Source of the DNA: an uncultured Planctomycetota bacterium
Lineage (GTDB): Bacteria; Planctomycetota; Planctomycetia; Isosphaerales; Isosphaeraceae
Direction of reading: 5' to 3'
Assembly (NCBI GenBank): GCA_963845755.1
Contig: CAWJTV010000042.1
Location: forward strand, 192,001-256,000
DNA: 64,000 bases
The notes under the pieces were generated by a model, which was not told the origin of the DNA, ran no database searches, and worked only from the letters and a program-made list of their open reading frames with translations. The position numbers and the translations under genes are program-made. Positions 41,531-51,605 of the stretch are shown one piece after another; position 1 is the stretch's first letter; each line of letters starts with the position of its first letter.

Positions 41531-44500
41531 GCGAGGCGAGTTCCGGCTCCGATCTGGTCAACGATCTGGTCGAGGGATTCCTGGAGCGATACCGCCGGGG
41601 CGAACGGCCGCCGCTGACCGAATACACCGAGAAGTATCCTGCGCTTGCCGAGCGGATCCGCACCCTTTTCCCCGCGTTACTCCTCATGGAAGCGATCGGG
41701 CCCAGTGATGGCCTGGCGCCCCGACCCGTCGCGGGCCAGACCGACGCGGGAGCTCCGATGCCCCGACGCCTGGGGGATTACACCCTGCTCCGAACTGTTG
41801 GCTCCGGCGGCATGGGGATCGTCTATGAGGCGATTCAAGAATCCTTGGGCCGGCACGTGGCGCTGAAGGTCCTTCCTCTCCATCATCTGGCGGACCCCAC
41901 CCGGCTGGAGCGGTTCCGGCGTGAGGCCCGCGCCGCGGCCCGGATGCACCACACACACATCGTCCCGGTCCATGGGATCGGCGAGCACGACGGCCTCCAT
42001 TTCTACACGATGCAGTTCATCCGTGGACACGGATTGGACGCCGTGCTGCACGAAGTGAAGCGGTTGCGCCACGATGCGAGCGCGCCCGTCGCCGCGGAGG
42101 CACCGGACGGTCCGGTGAATCTGACTACGCTGGCGATTCAACTTCGCGCCGGTCACTTCCCGGCCGACAAGGCGAAGTCGAGCGAAGTGGGGGAGCCGGC
42201 CGAGGGTGCCCCGCCGTCGGATCCAGGCCGTGCGACGATAGCCGCCTCGACGCCGCTACCTCCGGCCGAATCCATCGATCGATCGGGCCTCTCCGACCAG
42301 CCCGAGTCCCAGTATGTCCACAGCGTGGCCCGGATCGGGGCCGATGTCGCGGACGGCCTGGAATACGCCCATCAACAAGGGATTCTGCACCGCGACATCA
42401 AGCCTTCCAACCTCCTGCTCGACGCGAAGGGTCAGGTCTGGGTCACCGACTTCGGGCTGGCCAAGGCTCAGGACAGCGACGAGCTGACGCGCACCGGCGA
42501 CATCGTCGGCACCTTGAAGTACATGGCGCCGGAACGCTTCAAAGGATGGTCCGACCCACGGAGCGACATTTACGCCCTAGGGGCGACCTTATACGAATTG
42601 TTGACGTTGCGGCCCGTGTTCGAGGAATCGGATCGGATCAAGTTGATCGAGCAGGTGCTCCACCAGAACCCGCCGCCGCTTCGCCAGCTCGACCGGAGGA
42701 TTCCGCGCGACCTCGAGACGATTGTCCTCAAGGCGTTGGCCAAGGAGCCGGGCGAGCGTTACTCGACAGCCCAGGCGTTGGCCGAGGACTTGCGTCGATT
42801 CGACGCGGGCCGGCCGATCCTGGCCCGCCGGTCCGGCGCGATCGAACGGTCATGGCGCTGGAGCCGGCGTAACCCGTTGCTGGCCGGAGCGACCGTCGCC
42901 GTGGCGACCGCGCTCCTGGCTGTGGTGGTGATCTCATTGAGATACGCAAGAGAGCAATCGAGGGCGAACCAGGACAACCGAAGTCTGGCGCGAGAGCTCG
43001 CGAAGTCGCTCGCCGAATCGAACCGTCTGCTGGCGATCCGCAACTTCGACCGCGGACAGGCGGCCTTCGAGAAGGATCAGATCGGCCAGGGACTGCTCTG
43101 GATGATCGAGAGCTGGCGGTTGGCGATCGCCGCGAATGAACCGGATTGGCAGCGCGCCGCGCGGGCCAACCTGGCCGCGTGGCGACCTCATCACGCTCGA
43201 CTCAAGGCGATCGTCTCCCACGATAGTCCCGTCGCCGCCGCGGCCTTCAGCCCCGATGGCAAGGCCGTCGTCTCGGGGTGCGACGATGGCACCGTGAGAC
43301 TCTGGGACACCGCCACGGGTAAGCCGATCGGCCCACCGATGCATCATCCCGCCTCGGTCTTCGCCGTGGCTTACAGCCCCGATGGCAAGACCGTGATCTC
43401 CGGCTACAGCGTCGGGACCGCGAGTCTCTGGGACGTCGCCACCGGCCAATCTCTGGGATCGCCCCTCCGGCATGAGGGCGCAGTGAGGGCTGTTGCCTAC
43501 AGTCCTGACGGGAGGACAATCCTCACGGCGAGTGCTGACAAGATGGCGCGACTCTGGAACGCCGCCACGTTGCTTCCCATCGGTCAGCCCTCCGTGCACG
43601 AGGATACCGTGACAGCGGTGGCTTTCTGCCCTGATGGAAAGACGTTTCTCACGGGGTGCGAAGACGTTTCGGCACGGTTCTGGGACGCCGTTACTGGAAA
43701 GCCCGTCGGGTTGCCGCTCCAACCTGGACCCGCGGTTGTCGCCGTGGGGAACAGCCTGGACGGAAAGCCCGCGGAAATTCCTTTCGAGCAAGTGGTCTTG
43801 AACAAGGTCTACGCGGTCGCGTACAGCCCCGATGGCAAGACGGTGTTTACCGGCTGCAAAGACGGAACCGTGCTGTCGTGGGACGCGGTGAACGGAAACC
43901 GCCTGGGCCAGCCCATGAAGCATCGATTCAAGATCAGGGCGGTGGCCATCAGCCCGGACGGCAAGCGGGTCTTGGTCGGGAGCGAGGACAAGATGGCTCG
44001 GCTCTGGGATGCGGCGACGCATCAACCGATCGGACTACCCCTCGTGCATCAGGGCCCGGTCGGTGCAGTGGCCTTCAGTCGCGACGGCAAGACCTTCCTC
44101 ACCGCCAGCAGCGATAAGACGGTGCGAGTCTGGGATGCCGATCCCGGCCGGCCCTTGGGGCTGGTCGCCGAGCTTTCCGACGTGGGCCACGCCGTGGCAT
44201 ACAGCCCCGATGGCAAATCCATCCTCACGGGGCACTTCAGCGGCATGGCAAGGCACTCGAACGCGACGAACGGCGAGATCATCGGGCAGGCCGTCCGCCA
44301 TCAAGGCCCCATCGTGTGCGTGGACTTCAGCCCCGACGGATCCCGGCTACTTACCGGCAGCTACGACAAGACGGCGCGGCTCTGGGACGCGGCCACCGGA
44401 AAACCCATTGGAACGGTGCTCCAGCAGGACGGTCCGGTCAGCGTGGTGAAATTCAGTCCCGATGGCAAGACGATCATGACCGCGGGCGAGGATCGCATGG

Positions 44501-45184
44501 TATGGCTCTGGGACGGGTCAACCGGCGACGCCCCTCGGCCGACCCATTCCACAACCCGGCACGGTCGATGCCGGGTGCTTCAGCCCCGATGGCAAGTCCT
44601 TCGTGACCGGCCACGACAATGGCTTGGTACAGGTGTGGGACCTGGCGACCCGGACGCCCCTCGACCAACCTCTCCTGCATCCCGGCTGCATCAGTGCGGC
44701 GGCGTTCAGTCCGGACGGCAAGACCCTCCTGACCGGCTGTGAGGATGGCGCGGCGCGGCTTTGGGACGTGGAAACACGGACACTTCGAACGGTTCCACTC
44801 CTTCACCAGGCATGGATCTGGGCCGTGGCTTTCAGCCCCGATGGAAAGATGGTCCTCACCGGGAGCCGGGACCGATCGGCGCGGCTCTGGGACGCGGCCA
44901 CCGGAATGCCCCTTGGCCCATCCCTCATCCATCCTCATGAAGTCATGAGCGTGGCCTTCAGCCCCGACGGCAATGGTTTCATGACCGGAGCCTACGATTA
45001 CCGGGCGCGACTCTACCGGAAAGTCCCGGAGCTCGCCGACGACCTGGACCGAGTTTCCGTCTGGGTGAAGGTTCTCACCGGGCTGACGCTCGATCCGGGC
45101 CAGGGCACGATTCGTGTGCTGAACAACGCCGCCTGGCTCGATCTCCGTGAACGGCTCGAGCAACTGGGTGGCCCACCCCAGTAG
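41527..45184 (+). CDS. Ser/Thr protein kinase with TM and WD40 propellers (frameshift ~44527)
   Basis: GSGGMGIVY, VALK, HRDIKPSN, DFG, YMAPE. WD40 repeats continue in frame 44603-45184. Confidence 0.95.
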
Positions 45185-45359
45185 ACCTCGAAGCGAGGCT
45201 CAACCAGGTGACATTCCAGGTCGCGCCTACGATGACTCAACCCGCTGGGCACGCGTCCTCTGCGGACATGCTTTATGTAACTCTGCCCTCGCAGGTTGAA
45301 TCCCGGGACCGGGCCTGAGTTGAGGAGGAGCCACTCGAATTCCCCGCCTCGTATCTCTC

Positions 45360-45474
45360 AGAGTCTGTCCCGGAAGGGCGAGCCGGGGGCGTCAGCCCCC
45401 TGTCTTCGAGGCTCACCGGACAGGGGGCTGACACCCCCCGCTCGCCCGGACCGGCCCCTTCTGGGACAGACTCT
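45360..45474. repeat. Nested palindromic intergenic element (MITE/REP-like)
   Basis: agagtctgtccc...gggacagactct termini enclosing gggcgagc..gggggcgtcagccccctgtc / gacagggggctgacaccccc..gctcgccc. Confidence 0.8.
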
Positions 45475-46697
45475 CAGCGCCGCGTTTCGATCGCCTCCAG
45501 GTCCCGAACGGTGATCAGTCGCGCGCCGAGGTCCTGGTTGTAGTGCGTGACGCCGAAAACCTTCACCCGCTGGACTCCGAGCGAGGTGATGTCGATTCCG
45601 GGCGGGATGTCGAGGTAGGCGATCGTCGAGCCGTTCGAACCGATCAGGGCGTGGACCTTGCGGCCGTCGACCTCGCGTGAGGTCGGCTGGACGAAGCCGA
45701 TGGCATTGTAGGTCCGCGTGCGTGTGCGATCGGCCGCGGCCAACCGCTGCCGCGTCTGGGCAACCTGGCTGTCGCGTCGGCGACTGCTCGCCAGGGTGGC
45801 CTGAATCGTCCGCGCGGCTTGCGCGGCCTGCTCGTGCCGAGTCACGCGGGCGAGTCGGACGCGGAGGGCCTCTTCCACCTCGGAATTGTTCCCGGCCCGC
45901 TTGAGCACCGACTGATAGCCCGCCCGGACGCTCTCGAAACGCCACTGCTCGATCGGCTGGTTGACGACGATCGCGCGGTGCATCCCGTCGAACCGCTGGA
46001 TCTCGGCGCCGATGTCGGCCGGCAGGCCGGTGAGGGGGATCATCTCCGCGCCGGCACGATCGTCTTCGCCGACACGGTAAGTGGCCAGCCGCTCGGGGAC
46101 CGGTGGCGACGGCGGACTCGCCTCCCCGATGCCTTCGGAGCGGAGATAGCAGACGGCACTCTCGGGAGGTACGATAGCGAGCCAGACCGACGCAGAGGCC
46201 CCGCGGCCGATCGTCAACGGCGGCCGGTCGACCAGCCGGACCAGGGCCCCTCGGGGAAGCTGAACCCACGGCGGACCGGGGAGCCTGGCCTGGAGTTGTC
46301 CCGATCGCACCTCGGCGTCCTCGGCAATCACCCGGCCTTGTGTGGGGCGGCTCGTTCGCGATTCGCCCCCACCCTGCACATCACCGGAGTTCAGTGCCGA
46401 CCGCGCAACCCATCCGATCGCCAGCGGCGGCGGCTCGATCGCGACCCATCCCCCCGCCAGCACCCGCCGAAGCCTGATCCGGTCGCCTCGATTCAGAGTG
46501 CCCATCCGGTAGGACGTCTCATCCGCCTGGTCATAGACCTCCAGGCGCTCGACAACCACGAGCTTCACGTCCGGCAGATCATGACCGGAACCGACCGGAG
46601 CAGGCGCGTTCCGCGACGGACGTGCGGGACCCACCTGGCCGATTCCCGCCAGCGAGATTCCCAAGAGCACGACCAGGTGCAGTCCGCATGCGACCAT
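45474..46697 (-). CDS. Secreted protein with two SH3-like domains and C-terminal helical/beta region
   Basis: Signal peptide, repeated W(V/L)AI.PP motif, GWVA. Confidence 0.7.
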   Translation of the reverse strand: MVACGLHLVVLLGISLAGIGQVGPARPSRNAPAPVGSGHDLPDVKLVVVERLEVYDQADETSYRMGTLNRGDRIRLRRVLAGGWVAIEPPPLAIGWVARSALNSGDVQGGGESRTSRPTQGRVIAEDAEVRSGQLQARLPGPPWVQLPRGALVRLVDRPPLTIGRGASASVWLAIVPPESAVCYLRSEGIGEASPPSPPVPERLATYRVGEDDRAGAEMIPLTGLPADIGAEIQRFDGMHRAIVVNQPIEQWRFESVRAGYQSVLKRAGNNSEVEEALRVRLARVTRHEQAAQAARTIQATLASSRRRDSQVAQTRQRLAAADRTRTRTYNAIGFVQPTSREVDGRKVHALIGSNGSTIAYLDIPPGIDITSLGVQRVKVFGVTHYNQDLGARLITVRDLEAIETRR

Positions 46698-47033
46698 GCT
46701 CGACGCCGTCTCCAGGCCGGGTCGATCGGGCCTCGCCCCAGTCCTTACTTTCCAATCGATCGCCCGATCGCGTAAATCGACCCGATCTCCTGGCTCTTCA
46801 TCGACAAAATGAGTGTCGGTTGATATCGCGGATCGCTCGATTCGTCAAGGTCCACGGCCTTTCCTTTTGCAGGGAATCCCGGTAAGATGGTCTTTTTCCT
46901 CTGCCGAAGTGAAAGCCGGCGAGATGTCCCAAGTTGAAGCAGACATTGGAGTTGTGGGACAAAGCCGCGGCTTGTCTCGATGCGAAATCGAGTCCGGTTC
47001 CCGCGGCCTGGCCCATCCGGGAGCGATTGAAGG

Positions 47034-47354
47034 ATGTACGCCATTATTGAAGACGGCAGCCACCAGTTCCGGGTGCGCGAAGGAGATCGGATCCAGGTCG
47101 ATCGACGCGACGGGAAGGCCGGTGACGAGCTGATCTTCTCGAAAGTCCTCCTGCTTGCGGGCGGAGAGGGCGACGCGACCATCGGCACGCCCATCGTCGA
47201 AGGGGCCCGCGTCGTCGGCACGATCGTCAATCAGTTCAAATCGAAGAAGATCATCATCCAGAAGTTCCGGCGCCGGAAGAATATGCGGCGACGCAACGGA
47301 CATCGGCAACCGTACACAGTGGTCCAGATCACCAGTCTCGGGCTTCCGTCCTGA
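47034..47354 (+). CDS. rplU: 50S ribosomal protein L21
   Basis: MYAIIEDGSHQFRVREGD...KFRRRK...GHRQPYT. Confidence 0.98.
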   Translation: MYAIIEDGSHQFRVREGDRIQVDRRDGKAGDELIFSKVLLLAGGEGDATIGTPIVEGARVVGTIVNQFKSKKIIIQKFRRRKNMRRRNGHRQPYTVVQITSLGLPS

Positions 47355-47479
47355 AGTCGTCCGTAGATTCGCTGATTTTCCCGAATTACCACAGCCGTAT
47401 CAACTTGCCGATCTTTACGGCATTGATACGGTTTTTTTATTGAGAGACTGTTAGAATCTTCCTCTAAGCGTCTGTTCCC

Positions 47480-47527
47480 AAAGCCCCGGAGGGCGACCGC
47501 ACGTAGCCAGGGGCGTCAGCCCCTGGA
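47480..47527. repeat. REP-like element AGCCCCGGAGGGCGAC...AGCCAGGGGCGTCAGCCCCTGG
   Basis: Hairpin ccagggg-cgtcag-cccctgg, core shared with the 45360-45474 element. Confidence 0.6.
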
Positions 47528-48003
47528 CGAACTCAGTGCATGGGTCGGCGTGGAAAGTTAGGGGGGCCTCCATGAGGGTCCTGCTGTCCGACGCATCGAG
47601 GGTATCGGTCGGGGAGAATCCTCGTGTTCTGGACGGCTTTGCCGGGTCTCCCGCGGAATCTTCACAGTCGCGAGACTTGACCGGTGAAAATCCGATCCCG
47701 CCTCTGAGCGAGGAGCCGCCATGCGTTACACTCGACATGATGTATTGACGAAGCATCGCGACCCGGCAGCAACACCGGTCGATTCCGGAGAGTCAGGCCA
47801 GGCACGTCTCGGGCGATATCGGCTAGGTTCGTGGATTCCAGCACTCGCAAGATTCCTGTCCGCCGTGCCGATAACCGAAGTCGGGCACAAAATGCTCTGG
47901 GCGTCAGTACACCTATGGACTTTTGAATACAGATCGGCTACACCCAGGTGCTAGTGGGAATCTGGGTCGAGACCGGGGTTGGGCTGAGACGTGGAGGCGG
48001 GTC

Positions 48004-51000
48004 ATGGCGACGGTCGGTGAGCGGGCAACGAGCGTGTCGGCATCAGAGGCAGCGGACAGCAGGAGGAACGGCGTGCAGGACCGCGTGCGGGGGCGATCGG
48101 GGATGCATGTCCCGCGCGTCTTCAGCACGGACGGATCGAGCCCGTTCGACCAGGTCGAGTGGGACTTACGGACGGCCGAGATCAAGGATGAGAGCGGGCG
48201 CGCGATCTTCCAGCAGGTTGGCTGCGAGATCCCGCGGACCTGGAGCCAACTGGCGACCAACGTCGTCGTGAGCAAATACTTTTACGGCGACGTGGCCAGC
48301 GGCAACGGCAGTCCGTCGGAGGGGAAGCGGGAATATTCGGTCCGCCAGTTGGTCGACCGCGTGACCCGGACGATCGCCGACTGGGGGAAGGCCGACGGCT
48401 ACTTCGCGACCGACGAGGACGCCGATCGGTTCTACGACGAGCTGACGGCGCTCTGCCTCCATCAGTACGGCGCGTTCAACTCGCCGGTCTGGTTCAATGT
48501 GGGTTTATATCATCGCTACGGGATCTCCGGACCGGCCAACAACTTCCGCTGGGATGAGGAGACCCGCGCCATCTCCAAGGCGAACAGCGCCTACCAGTAC
48601 CCCCAGGCCTCGGCCTGCTTCATCCAGAGCGTCAGCGACGACATGGAAGGCATCATGCGGCTGGCGACCAGCGAGGCCATGCTCTTCAAGTTCGGCTCGG
48701 GGACCGGCACCGACCTCTCCAGCCTCCGCTCCAGCGCCGAGAAGCTCTCCGGCGGCGGCAAACCGTCGGGGCCGGTCAGCTTCATGCGCGTCTATGATTC
48801 CATCGCGAGCGTGATTAAATCCGGTGGTAAGACGCGCCGGGCCGCGAAGATGCAGACCCTCAAGTGCTGGCACCCCGACATCCTCGAGTTCATCGAGTGC
48901 AAGACCAACGAGGAGAAGAAGGCCCAATCGCTGATCCGCGCCGGCTACGAGGCCAACTTCAACGGCGAAGCCTACAGCTCCGTCCTCTTCCAGAACGCCA
49001 ATCTTTCGGTCCGATGCACCGACGCGTTCCTCCGCGCCGTCGAGACCCACGCGGACTGGACCACCCGCGCCGTCACCACCGGCCGGCCCATGGACACCTA
49101 CAAGGCGCGGATGCTCCTGGACAAGATCGCCGAAGGCACCTGGCTCTGCGGCGACCCCGGCGTCCAGTACGAAGACACCATCCAGCACTGGCATACCTGC
49201 CCGAATACCGCACCCATCAATTCGTCCAATCCCTGCTCGGAATACATGTTCATCGACGATTCCGCATGTAATTTAGCGTCGATCAATCTGATGAAGTTCC
49301 GGCGAGAGGACGGGAGTTTCGACGTGGAGCGGTTCCGGGCGGCGGCGCGGATCTACATCACGGCGCAGGAGATCCTGGTCGACCACGCGAGCTATCCGAC
49401 CGATCGGATCGCGGCCAACAGCCACAAGTTCCGCCCGCTGGGGCTGGGCTACGCGAATCTCGGCAGCCTGCTAATGTCCACCGGGCACCCCTACGATTCG
49501 GACCAGGGCCGGGCGCAGGCCGCCGCGATCACGGCGATCATGCACGGCCAGGCGTATCTGACCAGCGCCGAGCACGCGGCAAACGTGGGTGCCTTCGAGG
49601 GCTTCGCGGTCAACCGCGAGCCGATGCTCCACGTGATGGAGATGCACCGCGACGCCGCCGAGGCGATCGACCCCTCGGCGCCCGCCGAGCTGCTCGACGC
49701 CGCACGATCCGTGTGGGCCGAGTGCCTCGAGATGGGCCGCGCGCACGGCTACCGGAACAGCCAGGTCACGGTCCTGGCGCCGACCGGCACAATCGCCTTC
49801 ATGATGGATTGCGATACGACCGGAATCGAGCCCGACATTGCCCTGGTCAAGTACAAGCAACTGGCCGGTCGTGGGATGCTGAAGATCGTCAACCGGACGG
49901 TGCCGATGGCGTTGCGGGAATTGGGGTATGATGAGCCCGAGATTCGCGGGATCCTGGACTACATCGACGGACACGATACGATCGAGGGTGTCGCCGGACT
50001 GGAAGACGAGGACCTGGCCGTCTTCGACTGTGCGTTCGCGCCGCCGCAAGGGGGCCGGAGCATCCACTACCGGGGCCACTTGCGGATGATGGCCGCTGTG
50101 CAGCCGTTCATCTCGGGCGCGATCTCCAAGACCGTGAACATGCCCAACGAGGCGACCGTGGAGGAGATCCGGGACGCTTATCTCGAAGGTTGGCAGCTCG
50201 GGCTCAAGGCGCTGGCGATCTACCGCGACGGTTCCAAGGGGAGTCAACCCGTGAGCACGAAGGCCGAGTCGAAGGACGGCGCCGCCTTCAAGGACGAATC
50301 GAAGGCCGAAGGGGTTGTCGCGTCATTGCCGGCCGCGGAGGGAACGGTCAAGGTTTCGGCCCCGGCCCCGATCGTGCCAGTCGCGGTCCCGGCTCCGGCT
50401 CCCGCCCCGGCCATCCAACCACGTCGCGAGCGGCTGCCGCACACCCGGCGCAGCATCACGCACAAGTTCGACATCCAGGGTCACGAGGGCTATATCAACG
50501 TCGGCTTCTACCCCGACGGCCGGCCCGGCGAATTGTTCATCACGATGGCCAAGGAAGGTTCAACGATCGGCGGCCTGATGGACGTCCTGGGCACGGCGAT
50601 CTCGATCGGGCTGCAATACGGCGTGCCCCTGGAAGTCTTCGTCAACAAGTTCGCCCACAGCCGGTTCGAGCCGGCCGGCTTCACGAAGAACTCGGACATT
50701 CCGATCGCCAAGAGCATCGCCGATTACATCTTCCGATGGCTGGGCATGGAGTTCATTTCCGGCTACCGCGAGGCGAACGCACCCAAGCGGCCGACCTCCG
50801 AGGTCGAAGAGCGGGAGTCCGTTCCTTCCATGCCGCTCCTGAAGGTGAACGGTCACCGGACCGCGACGATCGCCGATCTCGAGCATGCCGAGGCCGTGAT
50901 GGGTACCTATCACCATCAGCCGGCCGAGCCGCTCGCCACGGGCGATCTGAGCGTGGACGACGGCCTCGGCGAGCAAGACCGCCAGTTCGCCCATTTCCAG

Positions 51001-51099
51001 AGCGATGCGCCCCCGTGCGACAACTGCGGGGCCCTGACCGTCCGTTGCGGCACCTGCTACCGTTGCTTCAACTGCGGCAACAGCATGGGATGCTCCTGA
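48004..51099 (+). CDS. nrdJ: Class II (adenosylcobalamin-dependent) ribonucleotide reductase
   Basis: FNSPVWFN, SACFI, GGKTRRAAKM, NPCSE, ACNLAS, APTGTI, SGAISKT, TSCPD-like domain, C-terminal CxxC...CxxC. Confidence 0.97.
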   Translation: MATVGERATSVSASEAADSRRNGVQDRVRGRSGMHVPRVFSTDGSSPFDQVEWDLRTAEIKDESGRAIFQQVGCEIPRTWSQLATNVVVSKYFYGDVASGNGSPSEGKREYSVRQLVDRVTRTIADWGKADGYFATDEDADRFYDELTALCLHQYGAFNSPVWFNVGLYHRYGISGPANNFRWDEETRAISKANSAYQYPQASACFIQSVSDDMEGIMRLATSEAMLFKFGSGTGTDLSSLRSSAEKLSGGGKPSGPVSFMRVYDSIASVIKSGGKTRRAAKMQTLKCWHPDILEFIECKTNEEKKAQSLIRAGYEANFNGEAYSSVLFQNANLSVRCTDAFLRAVETHADWTTRAVTTGRPMDTYKARMLLDKIAEGTWLCGDPGVQYEDTIQHWHTCPNTAPINSSNPCSEYMFIDDSACNLASINLMKFRREDGSFDVERFRAAARIYITAQEILVDHASYPTDRIAANSHKFRPLGLGYANLGSLLMSTGHPYDSDQGRAQAAAITAIMHGQAYLTSAEHAANVGAFEGFAVNREPMLHVMEMHRDAAEAIDPSAPAELLDAARSVWAECLEMGRAHGYRNSQVTVLAPTGTIAFMMDCDTTGIEPDIALVKYKQLAGRGMLKIVNRTVPMALRELGYDEPEIRGILDYIDGHDTIEGVAGLEDEDLAVFDCAFAPPQGGRSIHYRGHLRMMAAVQPFISGAISKTVNMPNEATVEEIRDAYLEGWQLGLKALAIYRDGSKGSQPVSTKAESKDGAAFKDESKAEGVVASLPAAEGTVKVSAPAPIVPVAVPAPAPAPAIQPRRERLPHTRRSITHKFDIQGHEGYINVGFYPDGRPGELFITMAKEGSTIGGLMDVLGTAISIGLQYGVPLEVFVNKFAHSRFEPAGFTKNSDIPIAKSIADYIFRWLGMEFISGYREANAPKRPTSEVEERESVPSMPLLKVNGHRTATIADLEHAEAVMGTYHHQPAEPLATGDLSVDDGLGEQDRQFAHFQSDAPPCDNCGALTVRCGTCYRCFNCGNSMGCS

Positions 51100-51122
51100 G
51101 GCGGTCTTCGACCGAAATGAAC

Positions 51123-51250
51123 GAGTCGAGATTCGAGATTCGAGATTCCGGAATCGTCCCCGCGGGAACCCGGAGTTGCGTACCTTGAATCCCGAATCTC
51201 GAATCCGGAATCTCGAATCCGGAATCTCGAATCCGGAATCTCGAATCTCG
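51123..51250. repeat. Heptamer (GAATCTC/GAATCCG) tandem repeats arranged as an inverted pair
   Basis: gagattc x3 ... gaatc(t/c)(c/g) x~9 just after the nrdJ stop. Confidence 0.8.
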
Positions 51251-51310
51251 CGGACTGCGCGGACAACCAAAGAAACCCTACCTGAAGGACGAGGCTAATC
51301 CCGGATTCCT

Positions 51311-51465
51311 CACCACCGAGTCACAGAGCACACAGAATAGACAGAAATACTTACGAATTCCGGTCTTCGGTCCGATCTTCCGAAGGACGAGCGATCCGGT
51401 GTGCACTCATGGGATCACGACGCGTCCTGGTCTTCTCCTATGAGCGGTTGTGACTCGGTGGTGAA
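51311..51465. repeat. Long-loop inverted repeat CACCACCGAGTCACA...TGTGACTCGGTGGTG
   Basis: 15-bp perfect arms about 125 nt apart. Confidence 0.7.
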
Positions 51466-51605
51466 TCGGTGCGATCACTCAGCTCACCGTAATCGAAAAG
51501 CGCCGGGAATGCCTGATCGAACCGCGGATGGAGCGGTATCATGGAGCGCGGGGTATCAGCCCCGAGTTCCGGACCGTTATCGAACCCGTGGAGGAGTCCG
51601 CTGCG

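Noticed and set aside
43200..45000. Recurring AGCCCCGA(T/C)GGCAAG motifs
   Set aside because: Codons for WD40 SPDGK repeats, not an array.
47880..47960. Possible NrdR boxes upstream of nrdJ (CACAAAATGCTCTG; CCCAGGTGCTAGTG)
   Set aside because: Too many mismatches to the consensus to support without a PWM scan.
48004..51099. Intein or intron in nrdJ
   Set aside because: Catalytic motifs are contiguous. The only insert is an Ala/Pro linker before the C-terminal domain.
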